Assembly (NCBI GenBank): GCA_038143065.1 | Contig: JAYQLI010000035.1 | Location: 1,056,001 to 1,120,000, forward strand | DNA length: 64,000 bases | Direction of reading: 5' to 3' | From: Rhodospirillales bacterium | Lineage (GTDB): Bacteria > Pseudomonadota > Alphaproteobacteria > Bin95 | Shown: positions 47,353-58,943 of the stretch, one piece after another | How the letters are laid out: each line of letters opens with the position of its first letter | How positions within the stretch are numbered: position 1 is the first letter of the stretch | Program-made: the position numbers and the translations under genes | The notes under the pieces: generated by a model | Databases searched by the model: none | What the model was told of the DNA's origin: nothing | What the model saw: only the letters and a program-made list of their open reading frames with translations

Positions 47353-48419
47353 ATGTTGAGTAAAGTACGCCACACAAGCCTCAAACTTATTATTATGACA
47401 GCTGCAGCCGGGCTAATCGCATTTGGTGTTGTTGAAGGCCTGTTTTGGTGGCGCCACGTAACTACAACCAATGCATGGATTGAAGCTGACTTCACCTTGA
47501 TGGGAAGCAGTATCAACGGCCGAATTTCAAGCATTGAAACTAGTAAGGGTGACACTGTTAAGGCCGGACAGCTTCTCGCCAAGATGGATACAGAGCTTGT
47601 TGAACTAAATCTAGCCTCGCTCCTTACAGACTTGGAGCAAGAAAAGGCAAAAAAAACTCTTATTGAAAGTGAGTTAAAAGCATTTCAAAAGAAATTAATG
47701 ATCGAGTTGAAACCCAAAAAGCATTGATTGCTGGTCTAAATAAGGAATTAGAAACTTTTCAGCTGCGTCTTGAAATAGCGCAGTCAACAATGAACCGAAA
47801 TGCTCCCTTGATAAGAAGCAAAGTAGTTTCCGAGCAAGCCCGAGAAAAATTTAAGGACCGCATTCTAGAAATCACCAGTAAAATCGATGAAATCCAGACC
47901 AAAATTTTAGAGAAAAACAGAAAAATCGCCGAACTTCAGGGCATGAGAATACAGGAGGGTGTCTACAAATCTCGTATTCAAGTCACAGACGGTGGCATCA
48001 AAAAGTTAAAAGTGCGGATACGGCAGGTTGAGCGGGAACTTTCTAAAATGCACATCTACGCTCCCTTCGATGCAGTTATCAACGACATTTACGTAGATAC
48101 TCAGAACTACGTAGAGGATGGCGATCGCGTTTTCTTGCTGCACAATCCACAAAACCTATGGGTAGAAGCTTTGGTTGATGAATCAGAAGTTCGACTTCTT
48201 TCCAATGGGCAGCTCACTGAAATCGATATAGATGCACAGCCTGATTTCAAGTTTTCAGGTAAAATAGTTTCTGTCGGACAGGCAACCATTGGTTCTATGA
48301 CTGAAAGTCCTGACAATACGCGCGGAGCTCCAAAGTTACCTGTCCGCATAAATATCGATAATTCAACACACTCGCTTTGGCCTGGCGTTCGAGCAACAGT
48401 TCATATCCGCGTCAGATAG
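47353..48419 (+). CDS. HlyD/EmrA family membrane fusion protein; one frameshift
   Basis: N-terminal TM, SINGRI...GDTVKAGQLL, a coiled coil, IYAPFDAVI and LPVRI...LWPG. Confidence 0.85.
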
Positions 48420-48426
48420 ACTAACC

Positions 48427-49794
48427 ATGGATCTGTCCCGTCTCCATTGGCGTTCAATTATGATCATTGCAACCAGCGCAATGATGATCCAACAAGCCTT
48501 TTCATATGTCTGCCAAATTGTGATGCCCATCTTAGCAGATCGACTGGCTGAGGAGTATGGAATTTCTCGTGGTTGGTTGGGCTTGTACCTCGCCATCCAA
48601 AATATCATGGCAATTATTGCTGCCGTTGGCTGTGGAGGTTTTATTCTTCGCTTTGGTGCGGTTCGTATAAGTCAAACGACCCTAATTCTCATGGGCAGTA
48701 GCCTGCTAGTAATTGCCTCCGGTCAGTTATGGCTTTATCCCATTGGCGCAATTTTACTCGGTGCAGCGTCCGTTTCCACGCCAGCAAGCTCACATATCTT
48801 AGCTAAAGTGTGTCCTCCACAGTTAGCTCCACTAGTCTTTTCAATCAAGCAAACTGGTGTTCCTGTTGGAGCTCTGATAGGGGGCCTCCTTTTGCCATTT
48901 TTGCTTGGAGTAGTCTTCTATAGTCACGTCCTCGGGCAAACTATCCGACTTGGGCATTTTGGTGCTGCTTTTATCACGGCTTTAATCGTATTTTTCGTTG
49001 CTTTTGCTCTTCAGCCCATTAGGGGATATTTCGACGCCGACCGAGACCCAAAAACTAAAATTTCATTTGGCAACATTCACGCAACCATGAAGATGGTTTT
49101 AGGCAACCCTCCCTTAGAGATCTAGCTTTTGCTGCCTTCGCCTTTGGGGGATTACAGGCCGTGTTCTCTGGGTTCTTTTTACTCTTTTTTGATTGATGGC
49201 CTCGGTTATTCTGAGGTTGAGGCAGGCGGTGCCTTTGCTATTGCAAGTTTTTCAGCAATCTGGGCAAGGATTATTTGGGGTTGGTTGGCGGGCAGCCATT
49301 TTTCACCGCGATATCTGCTTTCAACAATCGGACTGATTGCAGGATTTTCTTCACTGATTATAGCAAATTTTGACCTTAGTTGGGGCCTGCTCGACATAAC
49401 CATTGTGGCAATTGCATTCAATATTTCTGCCATTAGCTGGCATGGCCTACTTCTAGCAGAAACTGCCAGACTTGCCCCTAAAGAACATGTAGGGGGAGTT
49501 ACCGGTGGCGTGTTGTCATTCACCAGTATTGCAATGATGATCTACCCAGCTATCTATGGATTAATACTGGCCCTTACTGGTTCATACAGCCTCGGTTTTC
49601 TTTTAGCGGCTATCCCTTCATTCATCGCGTTTATAATATTTCTGCGCAAGCCAATCGAAGCCTCTTGGATCTCATCCGTCACGAAGAATATTATTCTGGT
49701 AATCCGCCCAGAAGTTTTAATCCAGGTAGCAACGACAATTGGGTTTGGAATTGGAATTGGGTTAACTTGGGACTATATGGATTTCGGTTATTGA
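48427..49794 (+). CDS. MFS transporter; frameshifted
   Basis: TPASSHIL, FSIKQTGVPVG and ARIIWGW, with multiple TMs. Confidence 0.85.
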
Positions 49795-49885
49795 TCAAAA
49801 CTGCTGTGTCATCAGCGTAGGACCAAGCTCCAAAACCTTGGTGCTTTTATTTTTTCAAATATTTGAGCCGCATCAGGTTTGATAA

Positions 49886-50515
49886 TCAGTAGATTGTCTT
49901 TCTCATGTGCTCTGGATAACTCGCATCATAAGCATCAGCATCAAAATCACTCTCTAAACCTTTTAAAATTTGTCCCGCCGTTGGGGTCGGCCTCTCCTGC
50001 GGCCATTCTTCAAATTTCCATAACTTTGAGCGAACCAATGCTTTCGTGCACTGGAAATAAACGCGGTCAACAGTAACAGCTATGACACTTCGCGGGAGTT
50101 TACCCTCGATGGAAAATTCGTTCAGAAGTTCAGGTTGAATAAGAATTTCCGCGGTCCCATTAATTCTTAAAGCCTCACCCACGGTCGGTATTAAAAAGAG
50201 CAGCGAACATCTTGAATCTCGGACAATATTTTTAAGACTATCTATGCGGTTGTTTCCTCTTCGGTCGGGTATCAAAACCGTTTTTTCATCAACAACACGG
50301 CAAAAGCCAGCAGGGTCGCCTCGCGGGCTGCTGTCCAGTCCTTCCGGCCCGACTGTCGAAAGGATAATAAAAGGCGATGCCTCAATGAAAGATCGATAGT
50401 GATCTGATATGTAAGTAATTTCTTTAACTAAAGACTTGGGCGAGGGCTCGCCATAAATCTTTTCAAGGTCGGGTAGGCTTTTAATGCTGAGGGCATCTTT
50501 ATCACGGTTAAACAT
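49886..50515 (-). CDS. Pyridoxamine 5'-phosphate oxidase family FMN-binding protein
   Basis: DSSPRGDPAGF, PDRRGNNRIDSL and YFQCTKALVRSKLW. Confidence 0.9.
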   Translation of the reverse strand: MFNRDKDALSIKSLPDLEKIYGEPSPKSLVKEITYISDHYRSFIEASPFIILSTVGPEGLDSSPRGDPAGFCRVVDEKTVLIPDRRGNNRIDSLKNIVRDSRCSLLFLIPTVGEALRINGTAEILIQPELLNEFSIEGKLPRSVIAVTVDRVYFQCTKALVRSKLWKFEEWPQERPTPTAGQILKGLESDFDADAYDASYPEHMRKTIY

Positions 50516-50660
50516 GGCCTTTCCTTATCTCAATAATGTTCTAAAACTTAAAAATCCCGCAGTATTACTATTATCCATTCAAGGCTCTTTGGCATCAAAA
50601 CTCAAAAAAATATTGTAAAGGCATCATACAAGCCAACTGTTGAAACCATGTTTCTGAATA

Positions 50661-51506
50661 TCAAAGCATCTCTATTGGAGCACCAGCTCGTGGCGGTGGA
50701 AAAGCCATTTCCAAAGCTGCAAACAAATCACTGTGCAGAGGTTTCATAACGGCCTGAACAAATGCTTCAATTCGCTGAGGAGAAACACTTTTTGGAATCG
50801 CAAAAACATCTTTTTGAGAAATGACCCAGGCCAATGCTAAATCTAACGGCTGTATTCCAGCCTCATCTGCAATTACTTTCAATCGGCCGTCAGCAGCCAA
50901 TCTACCTTGCTCAAGGGGAGAATAGGCCATGACAGGCACTCTTCTTTGAGTCATTTCGGGGATTAATCTATCCTCCGGCCAGCGGCGCGTCAGATTGTAG
51001 AGCACCTGGTTCGTCTGACAAGCAACACCGCCGGGAGTGGACCAAATTTCCGCCATATCACTGGCGTCCATGTTAGAAACACCCCAGGCACCGATTTTTC
51101 CGATCTCAACAAGGCGTTCAAAGCCCTCAATTGTTTCCTGCAACTCAATAGAGCCTCGCCAGTGCAAAAGGTAAAGATCAATTCTCTCAATTCCCAAGCG
51201 GTTGAGAGATCTATCACATGCTGCCAATATCCCTTTTAAGGAAGCATTATGTGGATAGACCTTTGAGACAATATAAGGTTTTTGAGCAATCCCTTTCAGA
51301 GCCAGTCCTATAATCTCCTCTGCACCGCCATCACCATACATCTCTGCCGTATCTAGAAGAGAAATGCCTACATCAAGTGCATGCCTTATAGCCTTAACCT
51401 CAACAGAGAGGTCCCCCCGACGCTCTCCCATTCCCCATGTGCCAAGACCAAGCTTTGGAACTTTGTCACCATTGGGTAATATTAAAGTTTCCATATCCCG
51501 TTTCAC
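50661..51506 (-). CDS. Aldo/keto reductase
   Basis: GLGTW, DTAEMYG, SKVYP, DLYLLHW, GVSN and AYSPL. Confidence 0.92.
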   Translation of the reverse strand: MKRDMETLILPNGDKVPKLGLGTWGMGERRGDLSVEVKAIRHALDVGISLLDTAEMYGDGGAEEIIGLALKGIAQKPYIVSKVYPHNASLKGILAACDRSLNRLGIERIDLYLLHWRGSIELQETIEGFERLVEIGKIGAWGVSNMDASDMAEIWSTPGGVACQTNQVLYNLTRRWPEDRLIPEMTQRRVPVMAYSPLEQGRLAADGRLKVIADEAGIQPLDLALAWVISQKDVFAIPKSVSPQRIEAFVQAVMKPLHSDLFAALEMAFPPPRAGAPIEML

Positions 51507-51584
51507 ACGTCCCAGAAATTTTTGTTTATTATTGAAAATAGCAATAACAAAAAACTAACACGCACAATTTAAAGATAAAAAAGC

Positions 51585-52481
51585 ATGGCTCAACCAACGA
51601 TTTCCGTCTTAATGCCCGCCTACAAGGCTGAAGCAACCATTAAAAGGGCAGCCAAGAGTGTTTTAGAACAGGACTGGCCAGATCTCGAGCTAGTAATATC
51701 CTCTGATGATGGTGAGGACTACATTGGCATTCTGTTGAAACAAGGTCTTAAAGACGATCGCATTAGGCAAGTAATGACAGGGGGGGTTGGAACTGGGGAT
51801 TGGAATGCGCGAAATGCTGCACTTAAGGCTGCGGAAGGAGAACTTGTCACCTTAATAGACTCTGACGACGAGTATGCTTCTGGGCGATTATCTGCTTTGG
51901 CGCCTCTTGCCATGAAAAATGGCGCAGCGATTGATGACACGCAACTTTATCTAAATGAACTGGTAGTAGCCACTCTGTTACACGATCACGAGCGTATTGA
52001 TGGTAAATCTGTTCAAGCGACGGCTCCTTTAATCCTTCGAGATCGCACCCCCGTTTTCCCAATGTGGAATAAAAAGAATGTAAATATCAATTGGCATGAA
52101 TTACCGCATGCTTCGGATGTTATATTTTCGCTTGAGTTATTGTCAGCTGCTCCAGAAATGAAAATCACACCTCATGGAGGATATTTGTACTATAAGCGTC
52201 CGGGTTCTATGACGCTGTCGGACTCAATGACACAACGCTCACGGCAAGCGTATTACGCAATTATTAATTCAATCACTTCAGGAAAATATTCCTTTTCTCC
52301 TGAGATTGCAGATTTTGCTCTTTATGAAATATCTAAGAATCTCAATCAAGCCAATGCATTCGGTAAAATATAATCAAGTAACCCAAACCTAACACACGAA
52401 ATGTTGGCAATTCGTTTTAATCAGCGCTCAATGATAGAAAAAGAACGAATTGTATTCTTCCGAGGAGTGTTAGAATTATAA
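51585..52481 (+). CDS. Glycosyltransferase family 2 protein; internal stop at 52371 probably an error
   Basis: SVLMPAY, ARNAAL and IDSDD (DxD). The frame continues past the TAA to ~52481. Confidence 0.8.
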
Positions 52482-52870
52482 GTTCAGAGCTTGCGTTTAA
52501 TCACCAACGCATTGCGATTGAAGGTCTTACAATTAAGGCCAGAATTGGGATCGCGGATTGGGAAAAAACACGACCACAACGTCTAACTTTTGATGTGGCG
52601 GTGTACAGAAAAAAATTTGGATCAGAACAGACAATAGCTGACTGCTACGACTATTCCGCCCTCCAAACCTTCTTAATGGGATACAGCCAACGAGAACATA
52701 TCGACTTGTTGGAGACCATATCAACTGAAGTATTGAATTTCTGTTTCAGAGACGACAGGGTAGCTGCAGCTGAAGTAAAAGTGACTAAACCGGACGTTTT
52801 TAGCGGTTTCGGGATCCCCGCGGTTTCAGCGATCGTGACACGAGAAACTTGGATAAAGAATCAACAGTAA
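52478..52870 (+). CDS. folB: Dihydroneopterin aldolase-like protein; one frameshift, start uncertain
   Basis: RIAIEGLTIKARIGIADWEKTRPQRL, then DVAV, CYDYS, HIDLLET and VKVTKPDVF. Confidence 0.7.
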   Translation: MSSELAFNHQRIAIEGLTIKARIGIADWEKTRPQRLTFDVAVYRKKFGSEQTIADCYDYSALQTFLMGYSQREHIDLLETISTEVLNFCFRDDRVAAAEVKVTKPDVFSGFGIPAVSAIVTRETWIKNQQ

Positions 52871-52883
52871 ATCTAATAAAGTT

Positions 52884-52901
52884 TTACAGGAAATCCTGTA
52901 A
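52884..52901. terminator. Hairpin between convergent genes
   Basis: TTACAGGA-AA-TCCTGTAA with adjacent A runs. Confidence 0.45.
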
Positions 52902-52962
52902 CTCAAAAAACTGTAGCCCACTGACTTTGGGTCTGCGCTGCTTTTAAGTACAGAATGAATTT

Positions 52963-53523
52963 TTACTTATTTACGGTTCCAGCCTGATCAATTGAGCGAT
53001 CTAACTCATCCCGCGTCATTTGAATTCCATAAAAAATACGGTACCCACGGAGCACTTCCGGTGTCGCATTTGGAATAGAAAAAGACACATAATCAACCGC
53101 CCGGGCCTTGCGAGAATCTTTTCCAAACTCAAGTTTCACAGCAAATGTTTCTCGAGAGACAATCTTTTCATCAGGATCAGTAACCGCAACAAAGTATTCT
53201 AGCTGCGCACTATCCTCCTTTAATGCCGGCCCACCATCTGCAAGAACTTCGAGACCAGAATTTATGTTTGCAGTGAGTTTGCTCTGCGTTACGCTACACT
53301 TACCTACAACTCGGGATATCTTAGCATCAAAAATAACCCCAGAGGGTTCTTTGCTGCCGCCTAGGCGAAACTTTTTTAGTTTCTCCGCCTCTTTTAGAAT
53401 ACCAATAGTAGGGCATCCAACATCTATTGTATCTTTTGAAAATGGATTAACGTCAGCTACAGTGTTGCAGGCAGTTAACAGCATCACTGCAATGAAGGCT
53501 AAGGGACAAAATGAAGGTTTCAT
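52963..53523 (-). CDS. Hypothetical lipoprotein
   Basis: Lipobox LTAC, GCP...C and YFVAV. It is divergent from ispH. Confidence 0.75.
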   Translation of the reverse strand: MKPSFCPLAFIAVMLLTACNTVADVNPFSKDTIDVGCPTIGILKEAEKLKKFRLGGSKEPSGVIFDAKISRVVGKCSVTQSKLTANINSGLEVLADGGPALKEDSAQLEYFVAVTDPDEKIVSRETFAVKLEFGKDSRKARAVDYVSFSIPNATPEVLRGYRIFYGIQMTRDELDRSIDQAGTVNK

Positions 53524-53595
53524 GTCAGCTCACATGGACTCGGTTATTATGACCCTATATTCAGTGCATGAATCACGCAATCGAACGTTTGAGCA

Positions 53596-54546
53596 ATGAC
53601 AACATCACAACCAAATCTAACAATCCGCCTAGCCTCACCTCGAGGTTTCTGTGCGGGTGTCGACAGGGCAATAGAGATTGTGGAAAAGGCATTGGAGCGT
53701 TACGGCGCCCCGGTCTATGTCCGTCATGAGATTGTTCATAACCGTTTCGTCGTCGACAGATTAGCTGAACTTGGAGCCGTTTTTGTTGAGGAATTAGAGG
53801 AATGTCCTGAGGATAGGCCAGTCATCTTTTCTGCTCACGGCGTGCCAAAATCAGTTCCAGAGGAAGCCAAACGCCGTCAAATGTTTTTTCTAGATGCTAC
53901 CTGCCCTCTGGTTAGCAAAGTACATCGTGAAGCTGAACGACACCACTCCCAAGGCCGACATGTTCTCCTAATTGGACACGAAGGGCATCCAGAAGTAGTT
54001 GGCACCCTTGGCCAGTTACCTTCTGGTTCCATGACGCTTGTTGAAACTGTGTCCGATGCTGAAACCGTAGCGCCCCCCAAGGGCGCCGAATTAGCCTTTG
54101 CTTCACAGACCACTCTTTCAGTCAACGATACAGCTGAAATCATCTCGATATTGCAACGTCGTTTTCCAGACATCGCAGCGCCAAAGCAAGAGGATATCTG
54201 CTATGCAACTACTAATAGGCAAGCCGCTGTTAGAGCAGCAGCTGAAGACACAGATCTTTTTTTAATTGTAGGAGCCTCAAACTCCTCAAATTCGAACAGA
54301 CTTGTAGAGGTGGCTCTTTTGTCAGGAGCAAAAAATTCTCATCTTATTACCACCGCAAATGATATCGATTGGCGATGGTTAGAGGGCGTTCAAACCATTG
54401 GATTAAGTGCAGGCGCTTCTGCACCAGAGCAACTGGTTGATGAAGTCGTTGATGCTTTAAAATCCCGTTTCAACATATCAATCGAAGAGATAAATGTTGC
54501 TGAAGAGACAACGAGATTTAAACTACCGCGTGAACTCGTTCTATAG
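53596..54546 (+). CDS. ispH: 4-hydroxy-3-methylbut-2-enyl diphosphate reductase
   Basis: [28 protein letters not shown] and SNSSNS. Confidence 0.97.
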   Translation: MTTSQPNLTIRLASPRGFCAGVDRAIEIVEKALERYGAPVYVRHEIVHNRFVVDRLAELGAVFVEELEECPEDRPVIFSAHGVPKSVPEEAKRRQMFFLDATCPLVSKVHREAERHHSQGRHVLLIGHEGHPEVVGTLGQLPSGSMTLVETVSDAETVAPPKGAELAFASQTTLSVNDTAEIISILQRRFPDIAAPKQEDICYATTNRQAAVRAAAEDTDLFLIVGASNSSNSNRLVEVALLSGAKNSHLITTANDIDWRWLEGVQTIGLSAGASAPEQLVDEVVDALKSRFNISIEEINVAEETTRFKLPRELVL

Positions 54547-54551
54547 AAAAA

Positions 54552-55499
54552 ATGTCTGTCTACACAGAAGTATCAAGAGATGTTCTTGCTACATTTCTTG
54601 ACAATTATAGCCTAGGTGATGTGTTGGCTTTCCAAGGCATCCTGGAAGGCATTGAGAATTCCAATTTCTTTCTAAAAACCTCAGTTGGCCGTTATGTGTT
54701 AACGATCTTTGAAAAAAGAGCTGCAGAACAAGATCTGCCTTATTTTCTTGGTCTAATGGAATATCTGGCAGACAAAAATTTTCCGGCGCCTAAGCCCATC
54801 AAAAATTTTAATGGAGCTACTTTAGGAAAAATTCTTGGGAAGCCAGCAACTATAGTAACTTTCTTAGACGGCAAATGCACAAATGCTCCAAGTTTAGAGG
54901 ACGTAAAGGCTGCTGGAACAGCACTGGCTAATCTTCATGTTACAGCTACAGATTTCCCAATCCAGCGTTCGAATAATCTTGGACTAAATGGTTGGAGACC
55001 ACTTTTTCAAAAGTCTGCAAGTCGTGCACACGAAATACATACCGACCTAGTTTTTGAAATTGAGTCAGCATTAGATCGTTTAGAAAAAAACTGGCCGCAT
55101 GATCTGCCTAAAGGAACAATTCATGCCGATCTTTTTCCAGACAACATGTTCTTAAAAGACGGAACTGTTTCTGGTGTGATTGACTATTATTTTGCTGCCA
55201 CTGATGCCTACGCTTACGATCTTGCAATCACTTTGAATGCTTGGTGCATAACTTCGAACTGCGTTTGGGATAATGAAGCAGCCACGGCAATGATAGGTGG
55301 ATATGAGGCTATTCGCCCGCTCAACCATGAGGAAAAGCAAGCCTTACCTTTGTTACTAGAGGGGGCGGCCTTACGGTTCTTACTCACGCGTTTACATGAC
55401 TGGCTAAATCCTGAGCCAAATGCGCTCGTAAAACCAAAAGACCCATTGCAGCAACTCGCCTGCCTTAAGCTTCACCAAACAGGACAAACAATCAGATGA
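54552..55499 (+). CDS. thrB: Homoserine kinase type II
   Basis: [26 protein letters not shown] and ALRFLLTRL. Conserved ispH-thrB-rnhA order. Confidence 0.95.
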   Translation: MSVYTEVSRDVLATFLDNYSLGDVLAFQGILEGIENSNFFLKTSVGRYVLTIFEKRAAEQDLPYFLGLMEYLADKNFPAPKPIKNFNGATLGKILGKPATIVTFLDGKCTNAPSLEDVKAAGTALANLHVTATDFPIQRSNNLGLNGWRPLFQKSASRAHEIHTDLVFEIESALDRLEKNWPHDLPKGTIHADLFPDNMFLKDGTVSGVIDYYFAATDAYAYDLAITLNAWCITSNCVWDNEAATAMIGGYEAIRPLNHEEKQALPLLLEGAALRFLLTRLHDWLNPEPNALVKPKDPLQQLACLKLHQTGQTIR

Positions 55500-55921
55500 C
55501 TGTGGAAATTTTTACTGACGGGGCTTGCTCCGGAAATCCAGGACCAGGAGGTTGGGGTGCTATCCTTCGATACAAAAGTACAGAAAAAGAGCTATCTGGC
55601 GGCGAGCCTCTTACTACTAACAATCGAATGGAACTGATGGCTGCCATCATAGCTCTTGAAACCCTAAATCGTCCTTCAACGGTGAGGCTTTCAACTGACA
55701 GCGTGTATGTTCGCGACGGCATAACAAAATGGTTGCCGAATTGGAAACGAAATGGCTGGAAAACTGCAGCAAAAAAGCCGGTTAAAAATGATGACCTATG
55801 GCAAAGGCTTGATATAGCTCAAGCCCCACACAACATCGAATGGGTTTGGATAAAAGGTCACGCGGGGCATATTGAAAATGAACGATGTGATGAACTAGCA
55901 AGAGCAGCGATACCCAGGTGA
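55496..55921 (+). CDS. rnhA: Ribonuclease HI
   Basis: [25 protein letters not shown] and [13 protein letters not shown]. Confidence 0.97.
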   Translation: MTVEIFTDGACSGNPGPGGWGAILRYKSTEKELSGGEPLTTNNRMELMAAIIALETLNRPSTVRLSTDSVYVRDGITKWLPNWKRNGWKTAAKKPVKNDDLWQRLDIAQAPHNIEWVWIKGHAGHIENERCDELARAAIPR

Positions 55922-56334
55922 GACCACCACTCTTCATCTATGGCACACTTCTTGATCGAAGAATTCGTTCTCGTCTTCTAAGGCGCTGGGCTTTGCACTT
56001 AGGCCCAAAAGCTCGTTTGAGCAACTATGCTTGTGTTTACGTATTCGGAAAAGCCTATCCAAGCGTGAAAAAGAACTTCGGAGCTTCTACTGATGGGCGG
56101 CTAATTTATAATTTGCCAACATCCATATTTAGCATTTTAGACGATTATGAGAGCCCTGAGTTCTTGGAAGAAAAAATTAAAGTCAATGTTAGCGGTCGAA
56201 TGTTGAGTGCCCGCTGCTACATAGCCAAGGATAACGTGCGGCTTTCAAAAACACGATGGCGTAATAACACCCGTTTGTGGCGACGCAATGTTGAAAACTA
56301 CATCCGGTGTCATTTCAGTCCAGGTCTATCCTAA
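55918..56334 (+). CDS. Gamma-glutamylcyclotransferase (AIG2-like) family protein
   Basis: LFIYGTL, YP and LDDYE. GTGA overlap with rnhA. Confidence 0.75.
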   Translation: MRPPLFIYGTLLDRRIRSRLLRRWALHLGPKARLSNYACVYVFGKAYPSVKKNFGASTDGRLIYNLPTSIFSILDDYESPEFLEEKIKVNVSGRMLSARCYIAKDNVRLSKTRWRNNTRLWRRNVENYIRCHFSPGLS

Positions 56335-57141
56335 CCAGCTCCAAGTTCACGCCCCCTATTTCTAGCTGCCGTCATAACCCTTTCCATCAGGGCACGTCAA
56401 ACCATCCTCAGCCATCAAGACGTCCAAAGCCGCCGCAGTAGTTCCCCCGGGACTGGTGACATTCTGTCGAAGCACACTAGGTGTTTCGCTGGATAGACGG
56501 GCGAGCTCTCCCGCGCCCGCTACAGTTTGTAACGCTGCTTTCGATGCCAACTCAGGCTTAAGGCCTAGAGCTTCGCCGGCAGATGCCATGGCCTCAATCA
56601 AATGAAATACGTAAGCCGGACCAGATCCAGATAGTGCAGTGACAGCATCCATTAAATTTTCATCAGTAATCCATTCAACTGCACCAGCAGCCTGCATTAG
56701 AATCTCAGCCAACTTTTTTTGGTTGTCGGTTGTGCTTGTGTTCGCACAAAGCACACTCATACCACGACCAATTGCTGCTGGGGTATTTGGCATGGCCCGT
56801 ACAATGGACGCATTGGTGCCAAATAATGCTTCAAAAAATGAAATAGGTGTTCCAGCTGCTATGGAGAGTGTGAGTGCTGAATTTGCAAGACCAGTATAGG
56901 CTGGCACAACATCATTCATAGCTTGAGGCTTAACAGCCATAACAATCGCGTCAGGCGAAAAAGTTGAAGGAATTCCTGCGAAATCTTGCACAAAGGTTAT
57001 GTTTGGATTTGCGCCAATATTTGGAATAGATTGCTTTTTTGGCTCAACAATAACGAAGCTATCCGCGGCACCATTAGCACACCACCCAGAGAGTAATGCA
57101 CCTCCCATTTTACCGCAGCCAACGAGGAGTATACTCGTCAT
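56331..57141 (-). CDS. proC: Pyrroline-5-carboxylate reductase; 3' frameshift
   Basis: GCGKMG, AVKPQ, RAMPNTP, SGSGPAY and VTSPGGTT. Confidence 0.95.
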
Positions 57142-57144
57142 AAA

Positions 57145-57627
57145 TTAAGCCCTTCCCACTGGCTCTAACATTGCTGCCGCCACTGCATCAGATGCGGATT
57201 TTCCGCCCCATAACATGTATTGGAAAGCAGGATAAAATCGATCGCACTCTCCTAATGCAAGCTCCATCATATCTTCGAACTGTTCAGCCGTGGGGGCTGC
57301 CTGGCCTCGGGTGAGGCTAGCATGACGGAAAACTAAAAGATTTGAGCTGGGGTCTACAATGAAGTGTCCAAGTGGCAACTGATCATTAACTAAAGCTAGC
57401 ATTTCATAGAGGGCATTTCTTCGTTCAACGCCAACTCTGAGATCACAAGCACATCCAAATTGGAGCATATTTACATCATCACGCCAAGCAAACATCAAAC
57501 TATAGTCAGCCCAGCGCCCTGCAACTTCTGCAACTAATTCATCGGCAAGCGCTCGCTCAAAGGGCCACTCATTTGCAGCAAAAATCTCCTCGACCAAGTC
57601 CAGAGGATGAAAAAATTCGGATGACAT
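57145..57627 (-). CDS. YbjN domain-containing protein
   Basis: PLDLVE, WPFER and ECDRFYPAFQYMLWGGK. Conserved neighbour of proC. Confidence 0.88.
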   Translation of the reverse strand: MSSEFFHPLDLVEEIFAANEWPFERALADELVAEVAGRWADYSLMFAWRDDVNMLQFGCACDLRVGVERRNALYEMLALVNDQLPLGHFIVDPSSNLLVFRHASLTRGQAAPTAEQFEDMMELALGECDRFYPAFQYMLWGGKSASDAVAAAMLEPVGRA

Positions 57628-57744
57628 GCCCTTTGCCTCCGGTTAACGAGCCCCACCAGTAGGGTCTTCGACAAGGGCAAAGTGACAATTCAGATTCCTG
57701 GATGCAAGAACTGATTCCTATATGAATCAAGTTTTTAGGCGGGT

Positions 57745-58077
57745 TCATGCAGAAAATTGTGGAGGAAACCTGTAATACCTTATTGTGACTCTGTTTTTTT
57801 CTTCGAGCTTTTGAAGTCGGTTTTCTAGTGTTTCTATGCGTGTATTGAGCATTTCTTGCTCTAAGCGTGCCTTCGAGGCCATTTCCCGAACCGCTTCAAA
57901 TTCCTCTCGTCGAACTAAATCTAGCTCATTAACAAGCTTAGCAGCCTGCGTTCTCACTAGGGTCTCAATATCCTGCCTAAGGCCACTGGCAGCTCCTAAT
58001 GCCCCTCCTGCTAGTTTACTAAAGTCCTCAAACAAACGTACTGAAGGCTTCTCACCACTTTGCATATCAAGCTCCAT
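57745..58077 (-). CDS. Accessory factor UbiK family protein
   Basis: LDLVRREEFEAVREMA coiled coil. Divergent from lgt. Confidence 0.85.
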   Translation of the reverse strand: MELDMQSGEKPSVRLFEDFSKLAGGALGAASGLRQDIETLVRTQAAKLVNELDLVRREEFEAVREMASKARLEQEMLNTRIETLENRLQKLEEKNRVTIRYYRFPPQFSA

Positions 58078-58133
58078 CTCGTAGGTTCATATAGCGTTAT
58101 CGCAAATCACTCGATGCAAGGCTAGTAATCACA

Positions 58134-58943
58134 ATGGGACCCATCTTTATTATTCCCTTCCCTGCAATAGATCCTACCCTTATATCGTTCGGCCCATTTG
58201 CCATACGCTGGTACGCTCTTGCTTATATAATCGGGCTTTTATTGGGTTGGAGATATGTGCGGGTGCTAGCAGAAAAGTCCCCCAACCATATTCGGACAAA
58301 TCAAATTGATGATCTATTAGTTTGGATAACGCTAGGAGTGATCTTGGGTGGCAGATTAGGATATGTGGTTTTCTATCAGCCATTATATTTCATTGAAAAT
58401 CCTCAAAACATTTTGCAAATCTGGAAAGGAGGAATGTCCTTTCATGGAGGGCTTATTGGATGCGTCATAGCAGGCTGGATCTTCGCAAAAAGGTCAGGGA
58501 TACCAGCATTGCACGTTGGCGATCTATGCGGCGCAGCCGGACCAATAGGACTTTTCTTGGGACGACTAGCTAATTTCGTGAATGGCGAACTTTGGGGCCG
58601 CGCTACTGATGTTTCTTGGGCAATGGTTTTCCCCAAAGATCGATATGGTATCCCTCGTCATCCAAGCCAATTATATGAAGCATTTTTAGAGGGTATTATT
58701 CTCTTCGTAATTTGCTGGATAATCATCAGGCGAGAGAAATTTCGAAAAATGTATGGCCTAACTTTTGGCGTTTTCATCGGAGGCTATGGTGTGGCGCGAT
58801 TTGTTATTGAATTCGCAAGAGAGCCTGATGCTCACATAGGATTTCTTTTTGCCGGTGCAACTATGGGGCAATTGCTATCTTTGCCAATGATTTTAGTTGG
58901 TGGTTTCTTCATATTACGCTCTCGCCATGCCGTCAAAAATTAG
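58134..58943 (+). CDS. lgt: Prolipoprotein diacylglyceryl transferase
   Basis: IRWYALAY, GGMSFHGG, GRLANFVNGELWGR and HPSQLYE. Confidence 0.97.
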   Translation: MGPIFIIPFPAIDPTLISFGPFAIRWYALAYIIGLLLGWRYVRVLAEKSPNHIRTNQIDDLLVWITLGVILGGRLGYVVFYQPLYFIENPQNILQIWKGGMSFHGGLIGCVIAGWIFAKRSGIPALHVGDLCGAAGPIGLFLGRLANFVNGELWGRATDVSWAMVFPKDRYGIPRHPSQLYEAFLEGIILFVICWIIIRREKFRKMYGLTFGVFIGGYGVARFVIEFAREPDAHIGFLFAGATMGQLLSLPMILVGGFFILRSRHAVKN

